Part shown: piece after piece, positions 1-8,102 of the stretch
Position numbering within the stretch: position 1 is the stretch's first letter
How the letters are laid out: every line of letters begins with the position of its first letter
Source: Deltaproteobacteria bacterium
GTDB taxonomy: Bacteria; Myxococcota; JACRCW01
Direction of reading: 5' to 3'
Assembly (NCBI GenBank): GCA_016218805.1
Contig: JACRCW010000155.1
Location: 1-49,691, forward strand
DNA: 49,691 bases
Made by a program: the position numbers and the translations under genes
Notes under the pieces: generated by a model
The model's input: the letters and a program-made list of their open reading frames with translations, nothing else
The model's database searches: none
What the model was told of the DNA's origin: nothing

Positions 1-140
1 CCCAAGATCCGGAATCTCAGGCATCAACAGCGAGTCGAAAACTCCCCGTTGGAACAAGCCAAAACGCTGCTCAACTGAATTCTGTCGTCGGAAACCAACA
101 TGCCGCAGATCTTCTCAGACACAAAAGACTTTACACCACC
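1..140 (+). mobile_element. Probable right end of an insertion sequence (IS256-like terminal inverted repeat) with the last codons of an ORF
   Basis: AT-richer segment. Frame-1 ORF remnant PKIRNLRHQQRVENSPLEQAKTLLN* ends at 78. 118-140 GACACAAAAGACTTTACACCACC (rc GGTGGTGTAAAGTCTTTTGTGTC) resembles IS256-family termini as I recall them. There is an abrupt switch to GC-rich Ser/Gly-linker coding sequence at 141. Confidence 0.45.
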
Positions 141-142
141 CG

Positions 143-2014
143 GGCTCCAGCGCGGGTACGACTTCGGCGGCGGGTTTGTCCGCGTCAAGATTTGGATCGG
201 GTTCCAGCGGCGCGAGTTCCGCCCCGGCGTCGTCGACCGGTGCGTCTGCCAGCACCGCCGCGTCGTCGGCGTCCACGGGTGGGTCGTCAGGCCCCGCGTG
301 CGTTGCGGAGCCGCTCGCGGTGACCACCGTCGGGGACTGCGCGACGGAGGAGTGCGTCCTTTCGTTGGAAGAACTGTACCAAGTTGCATCCGGATCGGCG
401 GTGCTCGCCGCGCCTGGGTCACGAGTGATGTTCCTGAGCAACACTCACGGCGCCGGACCCCTCGTTCGAGTCAATGATGACGAGTCCGCTACCGTCCTTC
501 CGCCGACGCCCGTTCAGGGCCGCATCGAGCCCCTGGGGCCCGACGCCGTCATTGTTGTAGGTCAGGTGGCGGTATGGCAGTGGCGCGCGGCGGGATGGCG
601 AGAGGTCAGCGGACCAACGCCAATGCCGTCTGGGACTATCATGACCACCTGCCGCGATCCCACCGGCGGAAGAGTCTTCCTTGCCACCTACGCCGCCACG
701 TTCGCCGAAGTGACGAACGCCGTCGGTAGTGACGCTGTATTGAACTCAGTGTCCCTCACCGGCATCAGCGGCCTCGTCGAAGCATGCAGTTACTCGACGG
801 CCGGGGCGCTGGCGGTCCAAGCCGGTGGCGGGCTTTGGCTACGGGGCCCAGGGCAGGGCGCGTTTGCGCAACTTCCGTCCGTATTCGCTCCGGGCGCGGG
901 CCGCGAATGGTCATGGATTGGGAACCGGTTGGCGGAGTGCACGGGTGCTGGCGCGGTCCGTCTGTTCCAGGCGCCTGGCACTGATGAGTCGTTTGTCGAC
1001 GCCACGTTGCCCTCCGGTGGATGCAGTCTCCTTGCAAGCAGTCGTGACGATGGCGTGTACGCGCGGAGCAGCGGGACTTTGCTACGCATCAATCCGACCA
1101 CCGGCGCCGCGACGGAGATTGGATCGGAGCCAGAAAGCCGCAGCCTCGTTCACCTGCTGCGGGAGAAACCGACCGGCAGCGACCGTTTTGACGGGTTTGG
1201 CGCCTATAGAAAGGCTCAGGCGCACGCGGGTGGTGCGCTGCTCGCGGTCATCTCCGCAACCTGGACCATGGCGCTCGACCGGCAAGGCTGGCTTCTCCAG
1301 GACGAGGGCGCTCTCGAGTTCCTCGACGCATCCTTGACGGCGAGGCGGTGGCCGCCAGTGTCGGTCCCATTGGGCCCCTTGGGCACCGCCTTTGTCACGT
1401 CAGAGGGCGGCCTAGTCGTGGACGGCGCCGCGGCCGATCCTTGCACAGGAGCCGTGGGCGCACAGGCGTCCCAGGGGCAGGTCGTAGCAGCTTGCGGCGG
1501 CGCATCCTATTTCCAAGTGGGTGGGGTCCTTGAGCGACGCGTGGGCGCCGCGGTCTCACGTGTGCCCTTGGGCGTCCTTGACTGGTGGTGTGATTCGGCG
1601 GGGACGATCTTCTTCGCCTTGTCTTCGGGCGCGCTCGCAGAGTGGCCATTGGCCGAGCCGACGCCGATGGAACTGGTTCGATCGATGGAACCGCAATTCA
1701 TCGTCGGAGCTGATGCGGATCGCCTGTACTGGGCCAACCGGGTGGGCCTGTACGCCGTGAGGCGCAGCAGCGGGGAGCTGGAGTGGTTAGCGCCGGTGGA
1801 GCCGGGGGTGTTCGGCGCCCGACCCGCAACGATAGGCGCCGATGGCAGTGCGGCGTGCGTGAAGGCCGGGACCGGACTCCAATGCGCGTCCACCCTTCCC
1901 GAGGTATCCGCCGGCGTCGTTATACAAGGCAACGCGCGACTCTTCATCGTCGGCCGCCACGTCTGGGATGCGTTCAGCGCCACTCTCGTTCCCCTGTCGA
2001 GCTTCGGCCTGTGA
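143..2014 (+). pseudogene. N-terminally truncated exported/lipoprotein-like protein (Ser/Gly linker then probable beta-propeller)
   Basis: The long ORF begins inside an S/G/A/T-rich linker like the one after the lipobox of 9681-12521. It has no signal peptide or credible start. Beta-strand-rich segments such as LYWANRVGLYAV are present. The stop overlaps the next GTG (GTGA). Confidence 0.55.
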
Positions 2015-2731
2015 GCGCGCGCCTGACGACCGCGGTGGAGGCGGTTCATTTCCGTGCACTCCTCCGTGATGCGCGGACGTCCGCCCTCGCCGATGCCGAG
2101 GGCTACCGCGACGTGTTCGTGGCCATCGAGGCGGTTGGATCGTACTTGGCGAACGGCAGGACCCCACGCGGTCTCGGTGGATACGCAAAGCACATCGCGG
2201 GATTCATCGGGGATGACGCGCTGGCACACGAGGGCGGGCTCCTTGACGCGCTGCGTGTGGCCCGGAACGACGCCATTCACGAAGGCGCGGCCGCGCGCCG
2301 CATGACCGCGCAAGCCACCGAAGTGGCCCTGCGCCTGGAGGAAGCGATGGCGGAGCGCGCAAAGCTGCGTCGAGTCCAGGACTACATGGTGGCCAAACCC
2401 CGTGTGCGCGGAATCGTGGCACACGTTGAGGATGGTCAGGCAGGCCATGATGGTGCACCAGTTCTCAAGCCTCCCTGTAAGAACGAAGCGGCGGTGGATG
2501 TTGATCACGGATCACGCCGTCGTGGCCTACCGGGCCGGTCAACACGGGCGCGACAACCAGACCGTTGAGGAAGCGGCGGCCGGGGGCTTGGTGCTGGAGG
2601 CGGCACGAGTCGTCCGGCCAGGCGAACCCGTGGACTACAAGACTTGGGCCGGTGCGACCGGCCCTGCGGTGGTCGCCGATGCTGACGACGGCGAGATTCG
2701 CGGAATCCTGACCGCGTTCGACCTGCTGTGA
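2011..2731 (+). pseudogene. HEPN-like (RxxxxH) domain fused to a CBS-domain pair, split by a +1 frameshift at ~2395-2401
   Basis: GTG at 2011 is coupled to the upstream TGA. The helical N-terminal half has RNDAIH (2263-2280). VQDYMVA(N)P then VCAESWHTLRMVRQAMMVHQFSSLPV...IRGILTAFDLL is CBS-like and continues in the +1 frame (2402-2731). Confidence 0.7.
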
Positions 2732-2756
2732 CGCCGCCGGCGGGGGTCCGCCCTCG

Positions 2757-3176
2757 GTGGTCCTCAACATCAACGCCGAGGAGGAGCGCATCTCCCTGGG
2801 CATCAAGCAGCTGCACGAGGACCCGTGGGGACGCATCCCGCAGGCCTACCCGCGCGGCGCGCGCGTCAAGGGCAAGGTGCAGAAGATCACCGACTTCGGC
2901 GCGTTCATCGAGATCGAGCCGGGCATCGAGGGTCTGTGCCACGTGTCCGAGTTCGACGACGCCCGCGTGGAGAACGCGCGCGACTTCCTCAAGATCGGCC
3001 AGGACGTGGACGTGATGATCATCGACGTCGACGCCGAGGAGCGGAAGATCGGGTTGTCCATCAAGGCGGTCAAGAAGGCCGAGGAAGGCACGGATTACCG
3101 GGCCTATCTCGCTTCCACCAAGGGCGAATCCCGCGCCACGCTGGGTGACCTCCTGAAGGACAAGCTGCAGAAGTGA
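2757..3176 (+). pseudogene. rpsA: 3' fragment of 30S ribosomal protein S1 (end of penultimate S1 domain, last S1 domain and C-terminal tail)
   Basis: VVLNINAEEERISLGIKQL..DPW...VKGKVQKITDFGAFIEIEPGIEGLCHVSE...ERKIGLSIK...ATLGDLLK is typical of the RpsA C-terminus. It starts mid-domain with no RBS and shows high-expression codon usage. Confidence 0.92.
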
Positions 3177-3204
3177 ACCGCTGAGGACCGCGGGCAGTAC
3201 ACGG

Positions 3205-3248
3205 GCCCCCCGCGTCGTCGTCAGACGGCCGGGGGGCTTGGTGTTTGT
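3205..3248 (+). terminator. Intrinsic terminator downstream of the rpsA fragment
   Basis: GCCCCCCG...CGGGGGGC stem followed by TTGGTGTTTGT, about 30 nt after the stop. It overlaps the end of the convergent gene. Confidence 0.6.
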
Positions 3249-5071
3249 GGGCGCCGCCGTGACGCCAGCGCCAACAGCAGCAACCACGGCGGCACGCCGC
3301 CGCGGGCCGTGGCGCACGCACAGCGACGACCTGGCGGTGAGGCTTCCGTCTCGGGACCGGGGCCGCCGTCCACCGCAGGCGCGCCTGCATCGGCCGGCAG
3401 CACCGCGGCGTCCGGCGCGGAGGCCCCCGCATCGGAGGGGACGCCCGCGTCCACGCGCTCGCAGTCCGCTTCGTCCGTCTCACCGTCACAGTCATTGTCC
3501 AGGGTGTCCGCGCATTGCTCCGGCGTGGCAACGTCCCCCACGCACGCGGGGAGGAAGTCCGCGCACGCCACCACGCCCATCCCGCAGTAGTCCGCGTCCA
3601 CCGGCGCATCACACGCCTGCCCAAACGCAAGGCCCTGCCAGGTGAGCCCCTCCGTCTCGTCGACGTCGCCGTCGCAGTCATCATCCGCGCCGTTGCCGCA
3701 CACCTCCGCGGCGCCGGGCGTGAACGGACGCGTGTCACACCGCAGGCCGGTCCCGTCCACGGAGCACGCGTACAGCGAGACGTTGCACCGCCCCGCGTCC
3801 ACCCCCGGGTCACACACGCGCCCCAACTCCGGGAATGCCGCGGAGTCGGAGCGGCCGTCGCAGTTGTCGTCGTGGTCGGCGCCGTCACACCGCTCGGGAC
3901 TGGGCGTGTCCCCCGCGCACGTGAGCTCCGTCAGCGTTCCGCACGCCACGTGGCCGCGCGCGCAGGAGTCATCATCCAGCGGGGAATCACATGGCGCGCC
4001 GTGCTCCAGCCCGTTCCACGTCAGCCCGTTGACGGGGAGCGTGTCGCAGTCCTGATCCTTGTCGTCGCACAGTTCGGGCGCGGAGGGATGCGTGTCCGGG
4101 TCCGCGTCATCGCAGTCCAGTCCGTTTGTCACCGGGTTCACCAGCCCCGCCGCAAGCGCGCTGGCCACGTCACACACCACCACGCCGGTTGCCTGCAGGT
4201 CACCCCACTGATCCCCGTCTGCGTCGCTGTAGTAGCGCCGCAGGCGCGTGCCTTCGTCCGCCGCGCCGTCACAGTTGTCATCCCGCTGGTTGCACCGTTC
4301 CGCCGCGCCCGGGTGGATGGCCGGGTCCGCGTCGTCGCAGTCACCGGTGCCCTGCAACGGATCCGTGAACGCGCACCCGGTTTGACTTACGTACCCGTCG
4401 CCGTCCGCGTCCACGCAGTTCGTCGTCGTCACGGTCACCGGGACGCCGCACGCCGCCGGTCCGCCCGCGGTGGTGCCGCATTCCGTCGCGTTGGCCGTGT
4501 TGGGCGTGTCCGACACCGCGGAAAGCGGGCGCATCTCACCGCGCGCCCTCCGCACGGAGGCAAACACGCGCAGGTTCCCGTCTGCGCCCGCCGGCAGGAC
4601 CGGCGGTTGCCAGAGGGCGGTCCAGGTGACCTGGTGGCGGCCGGCTGCCAGCGCGCTGGGGCGCTTCACCGCGTGCGTGGCTTCCGCGCCGCTCACCCGC
4701 ACCCAGGCGGCTTCCGCCGCGGGCACGGTGAACTTCCCTGACGTGGTGGGCCGCGCGGCATCCCCGGCCGCCAGGTTGAAGCCGGCTTCAAAGGGCGTGG
4801 TGCCGTTGCCGCCGGGGAACCAGTGCGCCCGCACGCGCACCGTGTACGTGGAGGCCGGACTCAGCGGCATCACCGCGGCGTTGTCCTGCGCATCCAGAAT
4901 GGCGACGGAGACGCGCAGATCACGGCCCAGTGTCCGGTGGCACGACAGGCACGTCACGCCCGCCTGTTTCCCTGAACGCCCCGTGATGCCCTGCGGCACC
5001 GCCCGCGCGGGCAGGACCCCTGCACAGGTCAGCGCCCCCGCAAGCGCCCACATCCTCAACGAACTGTGCAT
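3221..5071 (-). CDS. Secreted protein: N-terminal CxxCH-containing Reeler-like domain, MopE-type metal-binding Cys/Asp repeats, MYXO-CTERM anchor
   Basis: Signal peptide (PARA). GITGRSGKQAGVTCLSCH. Repeated DCDD..PxxHPxAxExC..xDxxCDG. C-terminus CACATARGGVPPWLLLLALASRRR. Confidence 0.8.
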   Translation of the reverse strand: MHSSLRMWALAGALTCAGVLPARAVPQGITGRSGKQAGVTCLSCHRTLGRDLRVSVAILDAQDNAAVMPLSPASTYTVRVRAHWFPGGNGTTPFEAGFNLAAGDAARPTTSGKFTVPAAEAAWVRVSGAEATHAVKRPSALAAGRHQVTWTALWQPPVLPAGADGNLRVFASVRRARGEMRPLSAVSDTPNTANATECGTTAGGPAACGVPVTVTTTNCVDADGDGYVSQTGCAFTDPLQGTGDCDDADPAIHPGAAERCNQRDDNCDGAADEGTRLRRYYSDADGDQWGDLQATGVVVCDVASALAAGLVNPVTNGLDCDDADPDTHPSAPELCDDKDQDCDTLPVNGLTWNGLEHGAPCDSPLDDDSCARGHVACGTLTELTCAGDTPSPERCDGADHDDNCDGRSDSAAFPELGRVCDPGVDAGRCNVSLYACSVDGTGLRCDTRPFTPGAAEVCGNGADDDCDGDVDETEGLTWQGLAFGQACDAPVDADYCGMGVVACADFLPACVGDVATPEQCADTLDNDCDGETDEADCERVDAGVPSDAGASAPDAAVLPADAGAPAVDGGPGPETEASPPGRRCACATARGGVPPWLLLLALASRRRPQTPSPPAV

Positions 5072-5150
5072 TGGGCACGGTGTTAACGAGGAGCGGATCG
5101 CTTCACAACGTCGCTTGCGCGATCACCCGGGCATGCCGGACGCTGAGGCC

Positions 5151-6587
5151 ATGAGACATGCGTTCGTCGTGGTGGTCACGCTCCTGGCTGGGTGTGGGGT
5201 GCGGCCACCGTGTTCCACCGATCGCGATGGCGATGGCGCGCTGGCCGCTGCGTGCGGGGGGGCGGACTGCGACGACGAGGACGCGTCCGCGTTTCCCGGC
5301 GCCACGGAGGTCTGTGACGGCGCCGACAACAACTGTGACGGCGTCATGGACCGCGGGCCGGGAACGATGTGCCTCCAGTTCGCACTCACGGGCGAACGCG
5401 ATGACAGCGAACTTGGCTTCCGGTTCTCTCCGCCGCTTGACGTGGACGGTGACGGTGCGGCGGAACTCGCGGTGGGGGCGCGGGTGTCACGGTCACGGCC
5501 GGACCCGGAGGCGTACGTGGCAGCGTGGTCCACCGTTGATGGCGCGCTGGTGCGCACGTGGCGAACGACGCTGAAGGATGCGCTGTTTGGGCACGCGGTG
5601 GTGCTGGGGCCGGACGTTGACCGTGATGGGCGCGCGGACGTGATCGCAGCGGCGCCCAACGCGGAACCGGAGGCCGGGCGGTTCATCCCGCGCGTAACGG
5701 CGTACTCGCTCAGCGCGGAGGCCCCACTGTGGACGCGCGAATACGAAGAACACTCCGCCGTGGGCTGGCACCTGTCCCGCGCGTGGGACGTGGACGGTGA
5801 CGGCGTGGAGGACGTGCTGGCGGGGGACCCGTCTGGGCCGCCACGTCGCGTGCTGTTCCTATCCGGGGCGGATGGCAGCGTCCTGCGCACGTTTGCGGAG
5901 CCTCCGTCCGCCGCGGCGTTCGGGTGGTTCGTTCACGGCATTGGTGACCAGGACGGGGACGGTGACCGGGATGTCCTCGTCGGCGCACCGGGAGCAGACA
6001 CGCCGTCCGCGTTGGTCGCGGGAGCGGTGTTTGTCGTTTCTACGCGGAGCGGGAGCGTGCTGCGGCGGATGGATGGAACCGTTGCTGACGGGCTCTTTGG
6101 TGACGTCGTCGCCGCGCTGCCGGACCTGGATGGTGATGGCCTGGAGGAGGTCGTAGTCGGTGCGCCAGGCAGCGGACGCGTGGAGCGCCCGCCGCCGGGG
6201 AGGGCGTTTGTGTTTCTGTCCACCGGGGTGCAGCGCTTTGCGTGGGACGCGCGCCAGCCGGATGATCTGTACGGGCGCATGGTGGCGCATGCGGGTGACG
6301 TGGACGGTGACGGCGTGGCGGACGTGGCAGTGAGCGCGCCGTTGCACCATGACCGCACGGGCGCTGCCGTCGGGCGGCTGGAGGTCCGGTCCGGCCGGAC
6401 CGGCGAGGTTATTCTGGAGGAGAGCGGAACGGCGCCGGAGGGGTACTTCGGGTGGCACGTTGAGGCGGCCGATGCGGTGGGGCGCCACCGTCGCCCCGGG
6501 CTGGTGGTCTCCGCCCATCACGCATCCGCGGACGGGTTCACCAACAACGGTTGGGTGGGCGTGTACCTCGTCGGCGGACTGCGGTGA
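5151..6587 (+). CDS. FG-GAP repeat (integrin-alpha-like propeller) lipoprotein with one MopE-type repeat
   Basis: ATG 5151 after GAGG. Lipobox LLAGC. DCDDEDASAFPGATEVCDGADNNCDG. About six DxDGDG..D/E+++GAP repeats with FG motifs. Confidence 0.85.
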   Translation: MRHAFVVVVTLLAGCGVRPPCSTDRDGDGALAAACGGADCDDEDASAFPGATEVCDGADNNCDGVMDRGPGTMCLQFALTGERDDSELGFRFSPPLDVDGDGAAELAVGARVSRSRPDPEAYVAAWSTVDGALVRTWRTTLKDALFGHAVVLGPDVDRDGRADVIAAAPNAEPEAGRFIPRVTAYSLSAEAPLWTREYEEHSAVGWHLSRAWDVDGDGVEDVLAGDPSGPPRRVLFLSGADGSVLRTFAEPPSAAAFGWFVHGIGDQDGDGDRDVLVGAPGADTPSALVAGAVFVVSTRSGSVLRRMDGTVADGLFGDVVAALPDLDGDGLEEVVVGAPGSGRVERPPPGRAFVFLSTGVQRFAWDARQPDDLYGRMVAHAGDVDGDGVADVAVSAPLHHDRTGAAVGRLEVRSGRTGEVILEESGTAPEGYFGWHVEAADAVGRHRRPGLVVSAHHASADGFTNNGWVGVYLVGGLR

Positions 6588-8102
6588 TCAGGGGACGTGC
6601 ACCGCGCGCTCACGCACCAGGGAGATGAGGAACACCCGCAGCGCACCCTGTTGATCAAAGGAGAGCGCGCGGAAGGCGTCGCGTGCGTCCGCGGCCTCGC
6701 CACCATGCGCTTCTATCGCCGCGTCGAACGATGCCGCCCGCCCGTCGTAGAACCAGGGCCCACTATTGGCCAGGCCCCACAGGCGGCGCGTGAGGTACGT
6801 GCTGCGGTCAACGCCGCGGTCCACGTGGAGCGACGCGGCCTCGGGTCCCAGATCGTGACGCTTGAAGTCGCTGAAGGCCCACACCGCGTAGCCGGCGGCG
6901 GCGGGGTCGTACGCGGGGCGCGGTGACTGTGCGTACCGGGCCAGGTTGATCTCCAGCGTGCCGTGCGTGGACGCAATCCGCAGGACCGGGTCCCGGAGGA
7001 ACACGACCGGCACGTGGCACGACGTGCAACCGATGGAGTCGAACAACGCGTAGCCCAGCGCAAACTCGTCCGTGTAGTCGCGCGGCACGGGCGCGGGGAG
7101 GTTCGTCGCCGGGGGACCCAGCGGCGGCAGCGGATCCGGTGCGCGGACAATGGGTGTTTCGGCCAGTCCCACGTACGCGGTGAGGGCCGTGAGTTGACCA
7201 TCGGTGAACTCGTGGGTGACGCCGTCCTCGTCGGGATCGGGCCCGTTGCCAAGCGCGTCGGACTGGATCCCGAAGTGCACGTGCAAAGACCCGGTGATGA
7301 ACTCCCGCAGCGTGGTGAACGTCCCCTTCCAGCCAAACGGTTTGACGACGAGATCCGCGTCAACGCCGTCCAATCCGGAGGTGTCCACGGTTCCGTCCGC
7401 ACGCGCAGTGATCACGCCGAACGGGATGCCCTTGGCGCCCAGCATGCGCGCCACCGCAACTCCGGATACGCGCGCCTCTTGCACGGCGGCATCGCGGATG
7501 GACTGCAACTCCGCGCTCATTTCCTCGGCCACGGTCTGCGCCCAACCGGCCCCCAGCAGCGCGGGCGGGTTGCGCGCATCCGCGCTGGTGACGTCGTCAC
7601 CATCACCCAACAGGTAGCTGTTGTCCGTGACGGCGCCCGCTCCAAGGGGTCCGCCGCGCCAGTGACAGGAAGCGCAGGTGGTGGTGTCCGGCCCGCCGCG
7701 CTCGCCCGCGTGCACGCGGCGGAACGGGTTGGTCCCATCGTGTGCGCCGTGGCCCAGTCCCTCGTCACGGGTGAACTCGTGCTCAAACAGCAGCCGTCCC
7801 GCGGTGGCCAGCTCCGTCGGGCACACGCGGCCCTCCGCAACGTCGCGATCGGGGAGGCGCTCGCGGGTACGGCGCAACAGCCAGCCGGGTTCCACCTCGT
7901 CGTGCAGGCGGGCTTCGCGTTGCAGGCCGCGCCAGCGGAAGGCTTCACGCGCTCCATCCATGGACAGGCGGTCCATGAGGGCGGGCTCAGGGCACGGGAG
8001 CGCAACGGGCCCTGCGTCCACGCTGGGGTCGTCATGGTTCTGCGGTACGCAGGCGGCCAGGAAGGCGACGCAGGCCAGCGCGGGAAGCGCGCGGTTGCGC
8101 AT
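6588..8102 (-). CDS. Di-haem oxidoreductase (DHOR-like, cytochrome c peroxidase superfamily) lipoprotein, copy B
   Basis: ATG 8102 overlaps the upstream TGA. Lipobox FLAAC. CASCH and CTSCH. RNPPALLGAG, PFGWKG, FSDFKRHDLG, LWG..PWFYDGRA, AIEAHGGEA. Confidence 0.85.
   Translation of the reverse strand: MRNRALPALACVAFLAACVPQNHDDPSVDAGPVALPCPEPALMDRLSMDGAREAFRWRGLQREARLHDEVEPGWLLRRTRERLPDRDVAEGRVCPTELATAGRLLFEHEFTRDEGLGHGAHDGTNPFRRVHAGERGGPDTTTCASCHWRGGPLGAGAVTDNSYLLGDGDDVTSADARNPPALLGAGWAQTVAEEMSAELQSIRDAAVQEARVSGVAVARMLGAKGIPFGVITARADGTVDTSGLDGVDADLVVKPFGWKGTFTTLREFITGSLHVHFGIQSDALGNGPDPDEDGVTHEFTDGQLTALTAYVGLAETPIVRAPDPLPPLGPPATNLPAPVPRDYTDEFALGYALFDSIGCTSCHVPVVFLRDPVLRIASTHGTLEINLARYAQSPRPAYDPAAAGYAVWAFSDFKRHDLGPEAASLHVDRGVDRSTYLTRRLWGLANSGPWFYDGRAASFDAAIEAHGGEAADARDAFRALSFDQQGALRVFLISLVRERAVHVP

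Noticed and set aside
1783..2568. 261-aa ORF as listed in the track
   Set aside because: The first 76 codons overlap the upstream gene, and the tail after 2401 is out-of-frame read-through.
2732..2756. Group I/II intron 3' end explaining the split rpsA
   Set aside because: No domain V/VI or group I core is visible, and only 25 nt separate it from a protein gene.
2757..3176. Stand-alone small S1-domain protein
   Set aside because: It begins mid-domain without an RBS and carries the RpsA-type tail.
4470..5150. N-terminal extension of the FG-GAP ORF
   Set aside because: It is antisense to 3221-5071. The lipobox places the start at 5151.
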